Below, one piece after another: positions 39,020 to 49,608 of a stretch of 64,000 nt of DNA (the stretch's first letter is position 1; the number at the start of each line of letters is the position of its first letter). The translations under genes were made by a program, and so were the position numbers. The notes under the pieces were generated by a model that did not search any database, had not been told where the DNA came from, and saw only the letters and a list, made by a program, of their open reading frames with translations. The stretch lies in contig JAGIAD010000001.1 of NCBI GenBank assembly GCA_017745075.1, positions 702,876 through 766,875 of the forward strand, read 5' to 3'. Source of the DNA: Sphingobacteriaceae bacterium (GTDB lineage: Bacteria > Bacteroidota > Bacteroidia > Sphingobacteriales > Sphingobacteriaceae).

Positions 39020-42000
39020 ATGAAGAAAATTTTACTTCTGCAGTTTTTGCTCTTGTTCTCGTTCTATTCCTTTTCTCAGGTCAGGAAAACCATTAACGGA
39101 ACAGTCAAGAGTGACGACAAAAAACCGCTTCAGGGCGTAACAGTTACAGCCATTGGGCAAAACGGCACAACAGTTACTGATGCCAACGGTAACTTTAAAA
39201 TCGAAGTAGTCAATCCTGGAAGCACCAAGCTTCGTTTTACTTTTATAGGCTTTAAAACGGCCGAGGTAATGGCCAATAACCCTTCTTTTAACATCACTCT
39301 AACCGAAGAAGGCAATACACTCGATAATGTAGTAGTAGTGGGTTTTGGCACCACCAATGTCCGTAAAAATTCTACGTCGGTTTCTACACTTAACCCCGCA
39401 ACCATTAAACAATTGCCTATTGGTGATATGGGCTCAGCATTACAGGGCCGAGTGCCAGGTTTAATTATACAGCAGGGTTCTGCCGAACCAGGCCAGAACG
39501 GAGCCAGTATATCTATCCGTGGTAATGGAGAGCCGCTATATGTAATTGATGGTTTCATTTCTAACCGTCAGCGTTTTTTAACCTTAAACAAAGAGGATAT
39601 CAAATCGCTAACCACCCTGAATGATGCGGCCTCGACCGCTGTTTATGGTATGAATGCAGGTAATGGGGTAATTGTAGTTACCACCAAGCAGGGTGAGGCC
39701 GGTGAAATGCAATTCAATTACCAAAGTAATTTTGGATTTAACACCCCTTCGTATACCCCGAAACGCATGAATGCCTATGAATTTGCCACAGCGATAAACA
39801 AACTGAACCAGGCACTGGGGCAAGGCGTAAATGCTTTTAAAACACCTGCCGAGATGGCTGATATCCAAAACAACTTATCAAACTATACCAACTGGGAAAA
39901 GGAATTGTTGCGTAATTACGCACCGCAAAATGAGCATACCCTCTCGGTAAATGGCGGTAGCGAAAAACTAAGGTTTTTTGGCAGCTTGAGCAGCTTAGGC
40001 CAAAAGGGTATTTATAAATTTAATTCGCTGGATTATAACCGGTACAACTATCGCTCAAATGTGAGCACCAACTTTGATAAAATCGGCCTCTCCTTCGATT
40101 TTATGCTCAATGGATCCCTTCAGGATGAGAAATACCCTCCTGCAAGTGCAGGTACTATCTTTTCGCGTTTAAAAGACCGTACACCATTTGAAAAACCGTT
40201 TACCTCAGCAGGTTTGGTATCCAACCAGTTCGATAACCCTGCCTTGCAATTACTTAGCCCGGGTTATGTTAAACTGCGTACGGTTTACAACCAACTGTCG
40301 GGTATGTTAAAATGGAACGTTCCGGGTGTAAAAGGCTTAACCCTTGGTTTTAACGGAAACTATAACATTGCCTCCCAGGACCGTGTAGATTGGATTGAAA
40401 CGGCTACTTATTATGATGACCAGGGAAATGCAACAAAAGAACTACCAGCCAATATTGGCGTTTCGAGATCATCGTACATGACTAGTCAGTACGATGTAAA
40501 TGCCCGTGCCGATTATAAAACATCAATAGCAGGTTCGCATAACATAGAGGCAACAGTTGTACAAACCATGCAGCATTATTACACTAATACCCTTGCAGGC
40601 AGTTCACGAGGTTTTACCACCACAGAGATTAAACAAATTCAAAAAGGCGATGCCTCGCTGATTACAGCCTCCAATTCCGAGGGGGAACAGGCATGGATGG
40701 GCTATGTTGGCCGTTTCCATTATGATTTCAAAAACCGCTATATCCTTGAGTTTGCCGGCCGTTACGATGGTTCGGATAATTTTCCGGATGGCAAGCGCTG
40801 GGGTTTCTTCCCATCTGTTTCTGGCGGCTGGGCCATTTCTGAAGAGAAATTTTTCGACGGTATAAAAGATAAAAACGTGTTGAACTACCTTAAAATAAGG
40901 GCCTCATATGGGCAGATTGGGGTAAACAATATCGATCACTGGGCTTATTCATATCTCCCAACCTATGCCTATAATACCAATGCTTATGTAGTAAATGGTC
41001 AATTGGTTAATACGGTTACACCTGGTCCTACGCCAAGTGTAAATATTACTTGGTTCGACCGAACCAAATACGATTTGGGGCTCGACTTCTTCCTTTTTAA
41101 AAACAAACTGGAAGGTAAAGTGGATTACTTTTTCGAGAAAACCAAAGGCTTTCTGGCCGCCGATGCTTCACGCTATGTTGATCCGATAGGCTATTCACTT
41201 CCATTGATTGTTTCGAGAGCAGAAGACCGCATTGAGGGTTTAGATGGCTCGCTCGATTATAAAACGAAGTTAGGGCAGGTAAGTTTTAATGCAGGTTTTA
41301 ACTTTACCTATTACCGTTCGCTGGCATTTAGAACCAACGAAGATAGCGTAACGCTGGCCAATCCACGTTTAAGGGCACAAGGCAACGAGAAATATTATGT
41401 GGCCACTGGTTATATTGGTGCAAAGGTGTATACGAATCCGCAAGATATCTTAAATAATCCTAAAAGGATCACCTCAAGAGATTTAAGGCCCGGCGATTTA
41501 CAATATCAGGATGTAAACAATGACGGAAAAATTGATGGACAAGACCAGGCCAGATTTGGGCATAACACCTCGCCTACTTTTGTTTTTGGCATAAACCTGG
41601 GGGCAAGCTACAAAGGTGCAAGTATTGCGGCCACCTTACAGGGTACCGGCTCACGTCAAACCTATATGAGCAACGTGGCCATGGCTTCGGAAGGAGAACG
41701 CCGGCTGGATTTTACCTACCAGCTTGATACCTGGACACCAGAAAATCAGGGTGCAACATTCCCACGGGCTGGAAACGCTTCCTTAAACGACAATAACAAC
41801 TACGCCTCATCCGATTTTTGGGTGCGCAACTCTACTTATGTACGTTTAAAATCGCTTACGCTTTCATACGATTTTAAATATGCAATACTTAACAAACAAA
41901 ACTGGCTACGCAACTTAACGGTATATGCCTCTGGTATCAACCTGTTTGCAGTTGGCCCATCTGTTAAATATGGCGATCCTGAAGCCAATTCTTTTGATGG

Positions 42001-42055
42001 CTACGCATACCCGATGATGAGAACATATTCTTTTGGATTTCAACTTGGTTTTTAA
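39020..42055 (+). CDS. SusC/RagA family TonB-linked outer membrane protein
   Basis: Signal peptide, CarbopepD_reg-like segment (INGTVKSDDKKPLQGVTVTA), TonB box/plug (LDNVVVVGFGT), and C-terminal FGFQLGF. It is followed by a SusD-like gene. Confidence 0.92.
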   Translation: MKKILLLQFLLLFSFYSFSQVRKTINGTVKSDDKKPLQGVTVTAIGQNGTTVTDANGNFKIEVVNPGSTKLRFTFIGFKTAEVMANNPSFNITLTEEGNTLDNVVVVGFGTTNVRKNSTSVSTLNPATIKQLPIGDMGSALQGRVPGLIIQQGSAEPGQNGASISIRGNGEPLYVIDGFISNRQRFLTLNKEDIKSLTTLNDAASTAVYGMNAGNGVIVVTTKQGEAGEMQFNYQSNFGFNTPSYTPKRMNAYEFATAINKLNQALGQGVNAFKTPAEMADIQNNLSNYTNWEKELLRNYAPQNEHTLSVNGGSEKLRFFGSLSSLGQKGIYKFNSLDYNRYNYRSNVSTNFDKIGLSFDFMLNGSLQDEKYPPASAGTIFSRLKDRTPFEKPFTSAGLVSNQFDNPALQLLSPGYVKLRTVYNQLSGMLKWNVPGVKGLTLGFNGNYNIASQDRVDWIETATYYDDQGNATKELPANIGVSRSSYMTSQYDVNARADYKTSIAGSHNIEATVVQTMQHYYTNTLAGSSRGFTTTEIKQIQKGDASLITASNSEGEQAWMGYVGRFHYDFKNRYILEFAGRYDGSDNFPDGKRWGFFPSVSGGWAISEEKFFDGIKDKNVLNYLKIRASYGQIGVNNIDHWAYSYLPTYAYNTNAYVVNGQLVNTVTPGPTPSVNITWFDRTKYDLGLDFFLFKNKLEGKVDYFFEKTKGFLAADASRYVDPIGYSLPLIVSRAEDRIEGLDGSLDYKTKLGQVSFNAGFNFTYYRSLAFRTNEDSVTLANPRLRAQGNEKYYVATGYIGAKVYTNPQDILNNPKRITSRDLRPGDLQYQDVNNDGKIDGQDQARFGHNTSPTFVFGINLGASYKGASIAATLQGTGSRQTYMSNVAMASEGERRLDFTYQLDTWTPENQGATFPRAGNASLNDNNNYASSDFWVRNSTYVRLKSLTLSYDFKYAILNKQNWLRNLTVYASGINLFAVGPSVKYGDPEANSFDGYAYPMMRTYSFGFQLGF

Positions 42056-42063
42056 GCTTAAAA

Positions 42064-43935
42064 ATGATGAAACATTATAAATCGATACTTATTCTTGCGC
42101 TGGTGGTCTTAATGGGCTCATCGTGCAAAAAATTTCTGGAAACAAAGCCCTATGATAAAATTACGGGCGAGCAAACCTGGACCAGCGAGAACTTAACCAC
42201 TGCTTTTATTTATCAGATCTATGCTGATGTACTTGGCGAAGGCTCCTGGATGGCCTCTTATGCCAACGGCAACTCTGCCAGATCAGAAAGCAGTACCAAA
42301 AATGCCATGACCGGTACGCTAAACTCTTCGTTCTGGTCGAAAGAAAGGGCTGAACTAATGACGAATAACGACAATTATGGTTGGTTAAGCTATTCTATTC
42401 TCTGGCGCATCCATACGGCAATGAAAAATATACAAGCCAGCACTGCATTTTCGCAAGCTTATAAAGATCGTTCATTAGGTGAACTTTATTTTCTTCGTGC
42501 TGCCCACTATTTTGTATACGCCAAACAATATGGCGGCTTACAAATCATTGATCGTGAGCTTTCTCCTGATGATAACCTTCAGATCCCGAGAGCAAGCATT
42601 AAAGAAACCTACGATTTTATTTTGTCCGACTTAACCAAAGCCAGTACTCTACTTCCTGCTACAACTGAAAGAGGTCGCGCAAATGCGAAGGCTGCACATG
42701 CCTTAATCATGCGTGTAGGCTTGCAAGCTGCTGCCTATGTAGATGGTGGTGTGGCCAACAGCATTTATTACGATAAAGTGATTGCATCTGGTATCGCATT
42801 GGGACTTTCGCAATCGGGCGCTCAGTTAAGTCCTTATTATAACCTGTTCAGGAGATATGAAACTGCTGTTGCCGCTACCGAAAATATCCTGACCCGCGAA
42901 CGCAACAAAACCAATTCGTCATTGTACGATACACCAATGCAATATCAGGGATTATGGTCGACAGGAAAGTTTTCTACCTATGCAAAACAAAACTTCCCGA
43001 TTAATGTAACCATGAACTTTTGGGGCATGGATGGCGGCGCCTGGCCAACACAAGATCTGGTGGATGATTACCTGGTAAAAGATGCTGATGGCCGCATTAA
43101 ATTCTGGGGAGATGCCTCGTACGTGAGTACCGGTGCAAACGTGGATGAAAAAATGTATTTCAGCGCCACTAAAAAACGCGACCTAAGGTTTTATGCGACA
43201 GTACTTTACGACAGCTGCCTGTACTTTAACAATCAGGTGAGGGTATTTTTCAGGCGCGATGGTAATGTAAGCAATGCCAACAGCAAAATTAATGAAGGTT
43301 CTTTTCAGGAGTATGGCTATAATGCCGGCAATACCGAAAACTATAACTCCTCAACCGGTTATTCGATGCTGAAATATTTTTACGACCAGGTGCTCAGCCT
43401 ACCTTCGCCTTCCGATCAAAGGTTAGACTATTCGTTTTCGGTACTGCGTTATGGAGAGGCTTACTTAAACATGGCCGAGGCTTACCTGATGAAAGGTGAT
43501 TTTGCCAATGCGAAACTTTACATGAGTCCAACCATGGTTAAACATGCTGGTTTTGATGAAGCCTCGGTAACTGCATACCTCGCACCACTTACAGGTAACC
43601 AGATTGGCAATTCGCTTTTTGAGGCTTACAAAAGGGAAAGAAATGTAGAAATGGTATACGAAAATAACGACCGGTATTGGTCGCTGCTGCGATGGGGAAT
43701 GCGCGCTTCGGGCGGTGTACGCAATGGAGAATATGCTTCAGGTGGCTACGTAATTCCAGAAATGCAAGGCTCGCTACGAGGCATCCGGATATCGCGCGAT
43801 GGTAAAACGTATAGCTTCTTTACCGATAACAATGCTGTGGGCGAAGCCAGATTTTCACCTAAACGCTATTTATTGCCAATTAATCAGGCTTTCCGTTTAA
43901 GGTCGGGCGTAAAACAGAACCCTGGCTGGGAATAA
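42064..43935 (+). CDS. SusD/RagB family nutrient-binding lipoprotein
   Basis: Lipobox LMGSSCKKF, SusD-like TPR-type helices, and a C-terminal QNPGWE. It starts 9 nt after the SusC-like stop. Confidence 0.9.
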   Translation: MMKHYKSILILALVVLMGSSCKKFLETKPYDKITGEQTWTSENLTTAFIYQIYADVLGEGSWMASYANGNSARSESSTKNAMTGTLNSSFWSKERAELMTNNDNYGWLSYSILWRIHTAMKNIQASTAFSQAYKDRSLGELYFLRAAHYFVYAKQYGGLQIIDRELSPDDNLQIPRASIKETYDFILSDLTKASTLLPATTERGRANAKAAHALIMRVGLQAAAYVDGGVANSIYYDKVIASGIALGLSQSGAQLSPYYNLFRRYETAVAATENILTRERNKTNSSLYDTPMQYQGLWSTGKFSTYAKQNFPINVTMNFWGMDGGAWPTQDLVDDYLVKDADGRIKFWGDASYVSTGANVDEKMYFSATKKRDLRFYATVLYDSCLYFNNQVRVFFRRDGNVSNANSKINEGSFQEYGYNAGNTENYNSSTGYSMLKYFYDQVLSLPSPSDQRLDYSFSVLRYGEAYLNMAEAYLMKGDFANAKLYMSPTMVKHAGFDEASVTAYLAPLTGNQIGNSLFEAYKRERNVEMVYENNDRYWSLLRWGMRASGGVRNGEYASGGYVIPEMQGSLRGIRISRDGKTYSFFTDNNAVGEARFSPKRYLLPINQAFRLRSGVKQNPGWE

Positions 43936-43956
43936 TTTATAACACAATTTGACAGA

Positions 43957-44505
43957 ATGAAAAAGACAATAAAAACAATGATGCTAAGCGGCCTGATAGG
44001 GTATATAGCCCTAAGTTCGGGTTGCCTGAAGAAAGGCCTTGATGATTTACAAAATTCGGCAGCAAAGGAAATGACAACGGTTGATTATACCTATAGATTT
44101 TTGTATACCGATACCATTCAGAAAGGCACGCCTAAGGAAGAGATACAGAAAGACCGTGTTTGCGAAGTTTTATTTAAGAAACAAACCACCAAACTGACCG
44201 AAAATGGTACAGATGTTTTTCAAACCACAATCAATTATGATGTGAACTCGGTTTTAAAGGCTGGGCCTACCGGGTCAGTTACCAAGAACATGTTGTACGC
44301 TCAATTTCAGAAACTGATCCAGGTAGACCAGTTAAGCAAATTATGGGTATACACCACGGTTTCAGATGTATCAGTAGTTACTCCATTAAATAATGCTCCA
44401 AAACTGGGTAGCCCGGGCGATTTTTCGAAAGATGCAATGTACGAAGTAAAAGCCGCCAATGGTAGCACCAAAAAATATATCCTACGAACGATTAAAGGCT
44501 TTTAA
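43957..44505 (+). CDS. Small PUL-associated lipoprotein, unknown function
   Basis: Lipobox ALSSGCLKKG. 182 aa, located immediately after the SusD-like gene. Confidence 0.7.
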   Translation: MKKTIKTMMLSGLIGYIALSSGCLKKGLDDLQNSAAKEMTTVDYTYRFLYTDTIQKGTPKEEIQKDRVCEVLFKKQTTKLTENGTDVFQTTINYDVNSVLKAGPTGSVTKNMLYAQFQKLIQVDQLSKLWVYTTVSDVSVVTPLNNAPKLGSPGDFSKDAMYEVKAANGSTKKYILRTIKGF

Positions 44506-44671
44506 TCTTAGTTAGTTTAGTTAATGTTGGCGTGGCAGGGGATATTGTCCGGGTCTTTTCAGCCTTATTTCAAATCAAGTCTGATACTGACAATGAGCAC
44601 CACACTTAACTTTAACAATTAAAATACCGACTACGAAACATTGAATTTTAACCTTAATGCTCCATTCTCAA

Positions 44672-44712
44672 AAAGGCCATACAATTTACATTGTCTGGCC
44701 TTTCTTTTCTTA
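44672..44712 (+). terminator. Rho-independent terminator candidate
   Basis: AAAGGCCA T ACAAT ttac ATTGT C TGGCCTTT forms 8+5 bp of stem and is followed by CTTTTCTT. Confidence 0.6.
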
Positions 44713-44808
44713 TCTCAATTAATCTTTCTCCAATTTAAAATATGGCAATTAATCTATTTCCAATTCAATAATAATCCCAGTGCAAAAAGTCATGGTTAAG
44801 GTTTGTAT

Positions 44809-44828
44809 AAAAAAATGCCCTTTCGGGC
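44809..44828 (-). terminator. Terminator candidate after symporter gene
   Basis: The minus strand reads GCCC gaaa GGGC A TTTTTTT, 22 nt after the stop codon. The stem is only 4 bp. Confidence 0.4.
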
Positions 44829-44849
44829 GTTTCTGTAACATGTAATATT

Positions 44850-46502
44850 TTAAAAGAACAAAATATTTAAAAACAACTTAATGGCCAATACAATCATGCC
44901 CAGATAGAGCGGATTGGTGTACCAGGTTTTGCTTTTTAAATCCTGTTTAGGAGTTAAACTATATACCAGGCCAACCAGCTCCCTCTCAGCCTTGGGCTTT
45001 GTAAATAAGCTAATGACAATGGTAAACAGCATACACACGATAAAGGAAATAGAAGCAATGGTAAAGGCCTGCCCCGTAGCTGAATAAAAATTGAATTTAT
45101 GAGCCAACCAGCCGCCTTTACCCTCAGCTACCGATAAACCATGGGTTACAGCCGCAGCAGTTGTACCTAAAAGCAGGCCCCAAAAAGCACCATGTCCGCT
45201 AGTTCGTTTCCAGAACATGCCTAAAAAGAATGTGGCAAATAAAGGTGCGTTAACAAAGCTGAATACCAGTTGCAACAAATCCATAATGCTGTTAAAACCC
45301 CGCGCCACATAAGCGGTGGCAATGGAAATGAGAATGCCTGCAATAGTAGTCGCCTTACCAACCATTAAATAATGACCGTCTAAAGCATTCTTTTTGATGT
45401 GTGTCTGGTAAATATCGTATGTAAACACAGTATTGAAAGCCGTAACATTACCTGCCATGCCACTCATAAAGGAAGCAATTAAAGCAGTAATGCCAAGGCC
45501 AAGCAAGCCTGTGGGATAAAGCTTTTGCAACAATAAAGGCAGTACCATATTGTAATCTTTATCGCCGTTTATATTCACAGGCAATTCAAAACCGCTATAC
45601 TTCCCTTGCAGCGCCAGTAAAATAATACCGGGAAGGATTACTATTGCGGGCATTAATATTTTAGGGAAAGCTGCCAAAACAGGTGTACGCTGCGCTTCGT
45701 TCAGGTTGCGGGTGGCCATGGCACGCTGAACGACTAAAAAATCGGTACACCAGTAACCAAAAGCCAAAACAAAGCCCAAACCAAACACCATGCTAAAGGC
45801 ATCAACGCCCATGGGGTTATTGGCCGGACTATCCAATCCTTTCCATACATGGAGCTTTGCCGCATCAACATGCTGTAGAATACCATCAATACCACCAGCT
45901 TTATCCAGCCCGATATAAACCAATGGGGCTATACCGATAATGATGAGAAAGAACTGAAGCACTTCATTGTAAATGGCACCTGTTAAACCGCCCGAAAAGG
46001 TATAAATTAATACCACTCCGGCAGCCAGCCAGATAGACAGGTCAAAATCCCATCCTAAAATTACTTTCATGAGCATGGCCAGCGCATAAAGTGAAACACC
46101 AGACGAAAAAACCGTCATGGCGGCAAAAGTAAAGGCATTAAAAGTTCTTGTTTTTTCGTCGAAACGCAGTTTTAAATATTCAGGCACACTGCGCGCTTTG
46201 CTGCCATAGTAAAAAGGCATCATGTATACGCCTAAAAAAATCATGGCTAAAGCTGCACCCAACCAATAAAAATGCATGGTGTACAAGCCATACTTGGCAC
46301 CGTTGGCTGCCATACCCAAAACCTCCTGGGCACCTAAATTGGCTGAAATAAAAGCCAGACAAGTAATCCAAAGGGGAATGTTGTGCGAGCTGAGCAGAAA
46401 ATCATTACCGGTTTTTATTTTCTTTTTCAGCACTAAGCCAATGCCCATTACGAGTATAAAATAAATAGCAATAATCAGGTAATCGAAAAATTCCAGTTTC
46501 AT
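44850..46502 (-). CDS. Sodium:solute symporter (SSS) family transporter
   Basis: 550 aa with about 13-14 TM helices and an SGLT-like pattern (GAQEVLGMAANG, SGGLTGAIYNEVLQ). Confidence 0.85.
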   Translation of the reverse strand: MKLEFFDYLIIAIYFILVMGIGLVLKKKIKTGNDFLLSSHNIPLWITCLAFISANLGAQEVLGMAANGAKYGLYTMHFYWLGAALAMIFLGVYMMPFYYGSKARSVPEYLKLRFDEKTRTFNAFTFAAMTVFSSGVSLYALAMLMKVILGWDFDLSIWLAAGVVLIYTFSGGLTGAIYNEVLQFFLIIIGIAPLVYIGLDKAGGIDGILQHVDAAKLHVWKGLDSPANNPMGVDAFSMVFGLGFVLAFGYWCTDFLVVQRAMATRNLNEAQRTPVLAAFPKILMPAIVILPGIILLALQGKYSGFELPVNINGDKDYNMVLPLLLQKLYPTGLLGLGITALIASFMSGMAGNVTAFNTVFTYDIYQTHIKKNALDGHYLMVGKATTIAGILISIATAYVARGFNSIMDLLQLVFSFVNAPLFATFFLGMFWKRTSGHGAFWGLLLGTTAAAVTHGLSVAEGKGGWLAHKFNFYSATGQAFTIASISFIVCMLFTIVISLFTKPKAERELVGLVYSLTPKQDLKSKTWYTNPLYLGMIVLAIKLFLNILFF

Positions 46503-46551
46503 ATTAGAATAGTATTATTTGGTTAGTACTATGGTTTGGCCAAAGCCAATA

Positions 46552-47433
46552 CTATGGTTGTGTTTTCCAGGGAGCTGCCGGAAGACCGGTTACCTTTAAT
46601 TTAACACTAAAGAGTGAGCCACTATGTGGGTGTAATCTTAATGCTTCAGTACTTAATCCATCTTTTGCTGTAGTAATCAGCATCTGGTTCATGTGTTCGC
46701 CGCCAAAAGCACAACTGGTTACGTGTGGGGCATTCACTTCTATTTTACCAATACACTCGCCAGTTAACGGATTATAACGATTTACACAACTACCGCCCCA
46801 CATGGCTACCCAAAGCATCCCTTCGGTATCAATACACATCCCATCGGCCAGGGTATTGGTTTCGGTTATTTGTACTACAATCTGTTCGTTGTTGATATTG
46901 CCTGTAGCCAAATCGTAATCGAAAGCTTTAATTTGGTACGAAAAACTGTCAATGTAATACATGGTTTTATAATCCGGCGACCAGCAAATACCATTTGACA
47001 CATTTGTTCCCCTGATCTTTTTAATAAGTTTATTTTGATCATAACAATACAAGTTCCCGGCGCCATGCTTTGCATTAACATGCATGGTACCTACCCATAG
47101 TCTGCCCAAGGCGTCGCAGGCGCCATCGTTACTTCTGTTTTGGGCATCCTCATTAAATTTAACCAGGGTTTGCATTTTACCGGTCTCAAAATTCATAAGA
47201 GCCAGTTTCCCTTGTAATGCCACCAGCAATTGATCTTTCCAGGCGGGTGCCAGCATTCCCGGCATTGCTCCTATCTTTTTCGTTGCTATTTTTCCGTTTA
47301 CCGGGTTACAGGTACCAATAAGTTTGCCTTTGATATCGACAAACAAAAATTTTTGCCACCCTGCATGCCAGCGGGCACCTTCACCTAAAATTAAATCTGC
47401 CTTATAAATTAAATCAGGCTTCCAGATTTCCAT
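46552..47433 (-). CDS. SMP-30/gluconolactonase/LRE family lactonase
   Basis: LGEGARWH, NDGACDALGRLWVGTM, SNGICWSPD and DGMCIDTEGMLWVAMWGG. Confidence 0.85.
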   Translation of the reverse strand: MEIWKPDLIYKADLILGEGARWHAGWQKFLFVDIKGKLIGTCNPVNGKIATKKIGAMPGMLAPAWKDQLLVALQGKLALMNFETGKMQTLVKFNEDAQNRSNDGACDALGRLWVGTMHVNAKHGAGNLYCYDQNKLIKKIRGTNVSNGICWSPDYKTMYYIDSFSYQIKAFDYDLATGNINNEQIVVQITETNTLADGMCIDTEGMLWVAMWGGSCVNRYNPLTGECIGKIEVNAPHVTSCAFGGEHMNQMLITTAKDGLSTEALRLHPHSGSLFSVKLKVTGLPAAPWKTQP

Positions 47434-47473
47434 CTATAATTAATTTACCTTAACCATTATAAATTCTAATATC

Positions 47474-48262
47474 TCAAACATCCTGCATCAACGCGCTCCT
47501 GCCACCATCAATCAAATAGGTAACACCCGATGCAAAAGCAGCATACTCGCTGGCTAAGAACACACACCAGCCGCCAATTTCTTCTACTTTTCCGATTTTT
47601 TTTACAGGGTGAAGGTTTATGGTACGTTGTTTTTCTTCTTCCGGGTTTTCGAAAGCATTAAACCATTGCTGATTACCAGGTGTATCGATAAAACCAGGTG
47701 CAATACCAACTGTTCTGATTCCTGGTCCCCATTCTATAGCCAGGCTCCTGACCAAACCTGTTAAGGCTGTTTTTGCTACGCTGTAAGGTGCACATCCGGG
47801 TATACTGGCATAGGCATGATTAGAACCCATAATGATAATTATACCACTATTTTCTTCCAGCAACGTTTTACAATTTTTAGCCAGTCGCCAATGCGCTGTA
47901 AGGTTTAAATCGAGATTAAACTGCCAGTCTTGTTCAGTACTGCCTTCCAAACCGGTAAATACATTCTGACCAGCGTTGGAAACCAAAATGTCCAGTCTTC
48001 CATAATCGCTGGTAATATTGGCAACCAGGTTTTCTATCTCCTCAACTACAGTCATATCAGCCCTGAAATAACCGGTATGCACGTCGTAGGATTCCATTTC
48101 GGTTAAAAACCGTTTGGCTGCTTCACTGGTTTCGCTTTGCTCTGCACAACCAATTATCGTACAGCCTGCTTTGGCCATCATTTTGGCAATGCCCAGACCA
48201 ATGCCCGAGCTAACACCGGTTATTAAAGCAGTTTTTCCTTTTAAATCTATTGTAAGTGCCAT
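47474..48262 (-). CDS. SDR family oxidoreductase
   Basis: TGVSSGIGLGIA cofactor motif and catalytic YSVAK. Confidence 0.9.
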   Translation of the reverse strand: MALTIDLKGKTALITGVSSGIGLGIAKMMAKAGCTIIGCAEQSETSEAAKRFLTEMESYDVHTGYFRADMTVVEEIENLVANITSDYGRLDILVSNAGQNVFTGLEGSTEQDWQFNLDLNLTAHWRLAKNCKTLLEENSGIIIIMGSNHAYASIPGCAPYSVAKTALTGLVRSLAIEWGPGIRTVGIAPGFIDTPGNQQWFNAFENPEEEKQRTINLHPVKKIGKVEEIGGWCVFLASEYAAFASGVTYLIDGGRSALMQDV

Positions 48263-48308
48263 GTTATCTTATTAATAGTGCATTATAACTTTTAGTTTCC
48301 CTGGAAGT

Positions 48309-48380
48309 TTGTCACGTTGAGCCTGTCGAAACGTTTCGCACAATGTTTGAGCAGGCCCTTCGACAAGCTCAGGATGACAA
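48309..48380. repeat. 72-bp palindromic REP/MITE-like element inside operon spacer
   Basis: The arms are TTGTCACGTTGAGCCTGTCGAA (48309-48330) and CTTCGACAAGCTCAGGATGACAA (48358-48380). The termini belong to the same family as the element at 28071-28150. Confidence 0.8.
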
Positions 48381-48410
48381 TGCTATATTTATGATCCAGT
48401 TCCTCATTTT

Positions 48411-49577
48411 TTATACATAAAATCCCGGTCTTGGTATTAAAACTCCAGGGTGTTTCTCCATTTCTGTTTCAATTAAGTCGACTCCTAAACCTGGCCTGTC
48501 GCTCAGTTGTAAATGCCCGTTTTTAACCATATCTGCAATGGGATGAGTAATAATTTCATCGCGCCATGGCACGTCGTTAAACATAAATTCCTGCCTGAAA
48601 AAGTTAGGTACGGAAGCACAAACCTGAGCCGAAGCGAGTGTAGATAATGGCCCATTAGGATTGTGAGGTGCCAGCAGCACATTGTAGGCCTCCATCATGG
48701 TGGCCATCCGTTTCATTTCTGAAGGGCCACCGCAGCGGGTAATGTCGGGCATCATTACATCGCAAACGTGTTTTTCGAGCACATCGCGAATTCCGTGGCG
48801 GGTATAATGGCGCTCACCTACGCAAATGGCTACGTTAGATGGGATCCGCTCGCGCATGGCGCGTAAGGTATTTGCATTTTCTGGTCCGGCGGGCTCTTCG
48901 TACCAGGCAATATTGAGTGCCGACAGGCGCTGTGCCATTTTTACGGCAATGCTATAGTTAAGCATGGCGTGGGTTTCGATCATGATATCGAAATCATTGC
49001 CTACAGCTTCTCTAACAGCTTTACTTACTTCAAAGGCCAGATCCTGTTGTGGTACGGTTAAGGTGAGGTTGGGCGCCAGATCTTCGCCATAGAGGTAATT
49101 GGTATGGGCAAAGGGATCGAACTTTAAACCGGTAAACCCTGCCGCTTTAACCTTTTTGGCCTGGGCTGCATAATCATCGATATTGTGGCCACCCCCGGTA
49201 AACCAATAGTTGGCATATAACAAAATTTCTTTTCTGAAAACGCCGCCTAGTAGTTCGTAGCAAGGTACGCCCAGTACTTTTGCTTTTAAATCGAGTAAAG
49301 CCATATCGATACCACTAATGGCGCACATGCTGGCACCAAAAGGTCCCATCCAGTTTAAATCGCGGTAAAGTTTAGTCCAGATAAAATCCGTTTTCATTGG
49401 GTCTAAACCAATAATCCGTTGACCAACATGTTTGGTTGCTTCAAAAACTATTGGGCTGCCGGGCCAGTTGGTGGCCTCACCTACTCCGGTGTGGCCGGTA
49501 TCAGTATATATTTTTAACAATGTCCAGTTGTACTTTACGCCTTCAACCAGCCATACTTTTACATCTGTTATTTTCAT
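48411..49577 (-). CDS. Enolase-superfamily (mandelate racemase / galactonate dehydratase-like) sugar-acid dehydratase
   Basis: MKITDVKVW..LKIYTDTGHTGVGEAT, SGIDMALLDLKAKVLGVPCYELLGG and YEEP. Confidence 0.8.
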   Translation of the reverse strand: MKITDVKVWLVEGVKYNWTLLKIYTDTGHTGVGEATNWPGSPIVFEATKHVGQRIIGLDPMKTDFIWTKLYRDLNWMGPFGASMCAISGIDMALLDLKAKVLGVPCYELLGGVFRKEILLYANYWFTGGGHNIDDYAAQAKKVKAAGFTGLKFDPFAHTNYLYGEDLAPNLTLTVPQQDLAFEVSKAVREAVGNDFDIMIETHAMLNYSIAVKMAQRLSALNIAWYEEPAGPENANTLRAMRERIPSNVAICVGERHYTRHGIRDVLEKHVCDVMMPDITRCGGPSEMKRMATMMEAYNVLLAPHNPNGPLSTLASAQVCASVPNFFRQEFMFNDVPWRDEIITHPIADMVKNGHLQLSDRPGLGVDLIETEMEKHPGVLIPRPGFYV

Positions 49578-49608
49578 TTTTTAGTTTTTACATTTAACGG
49601 TTCCTATG

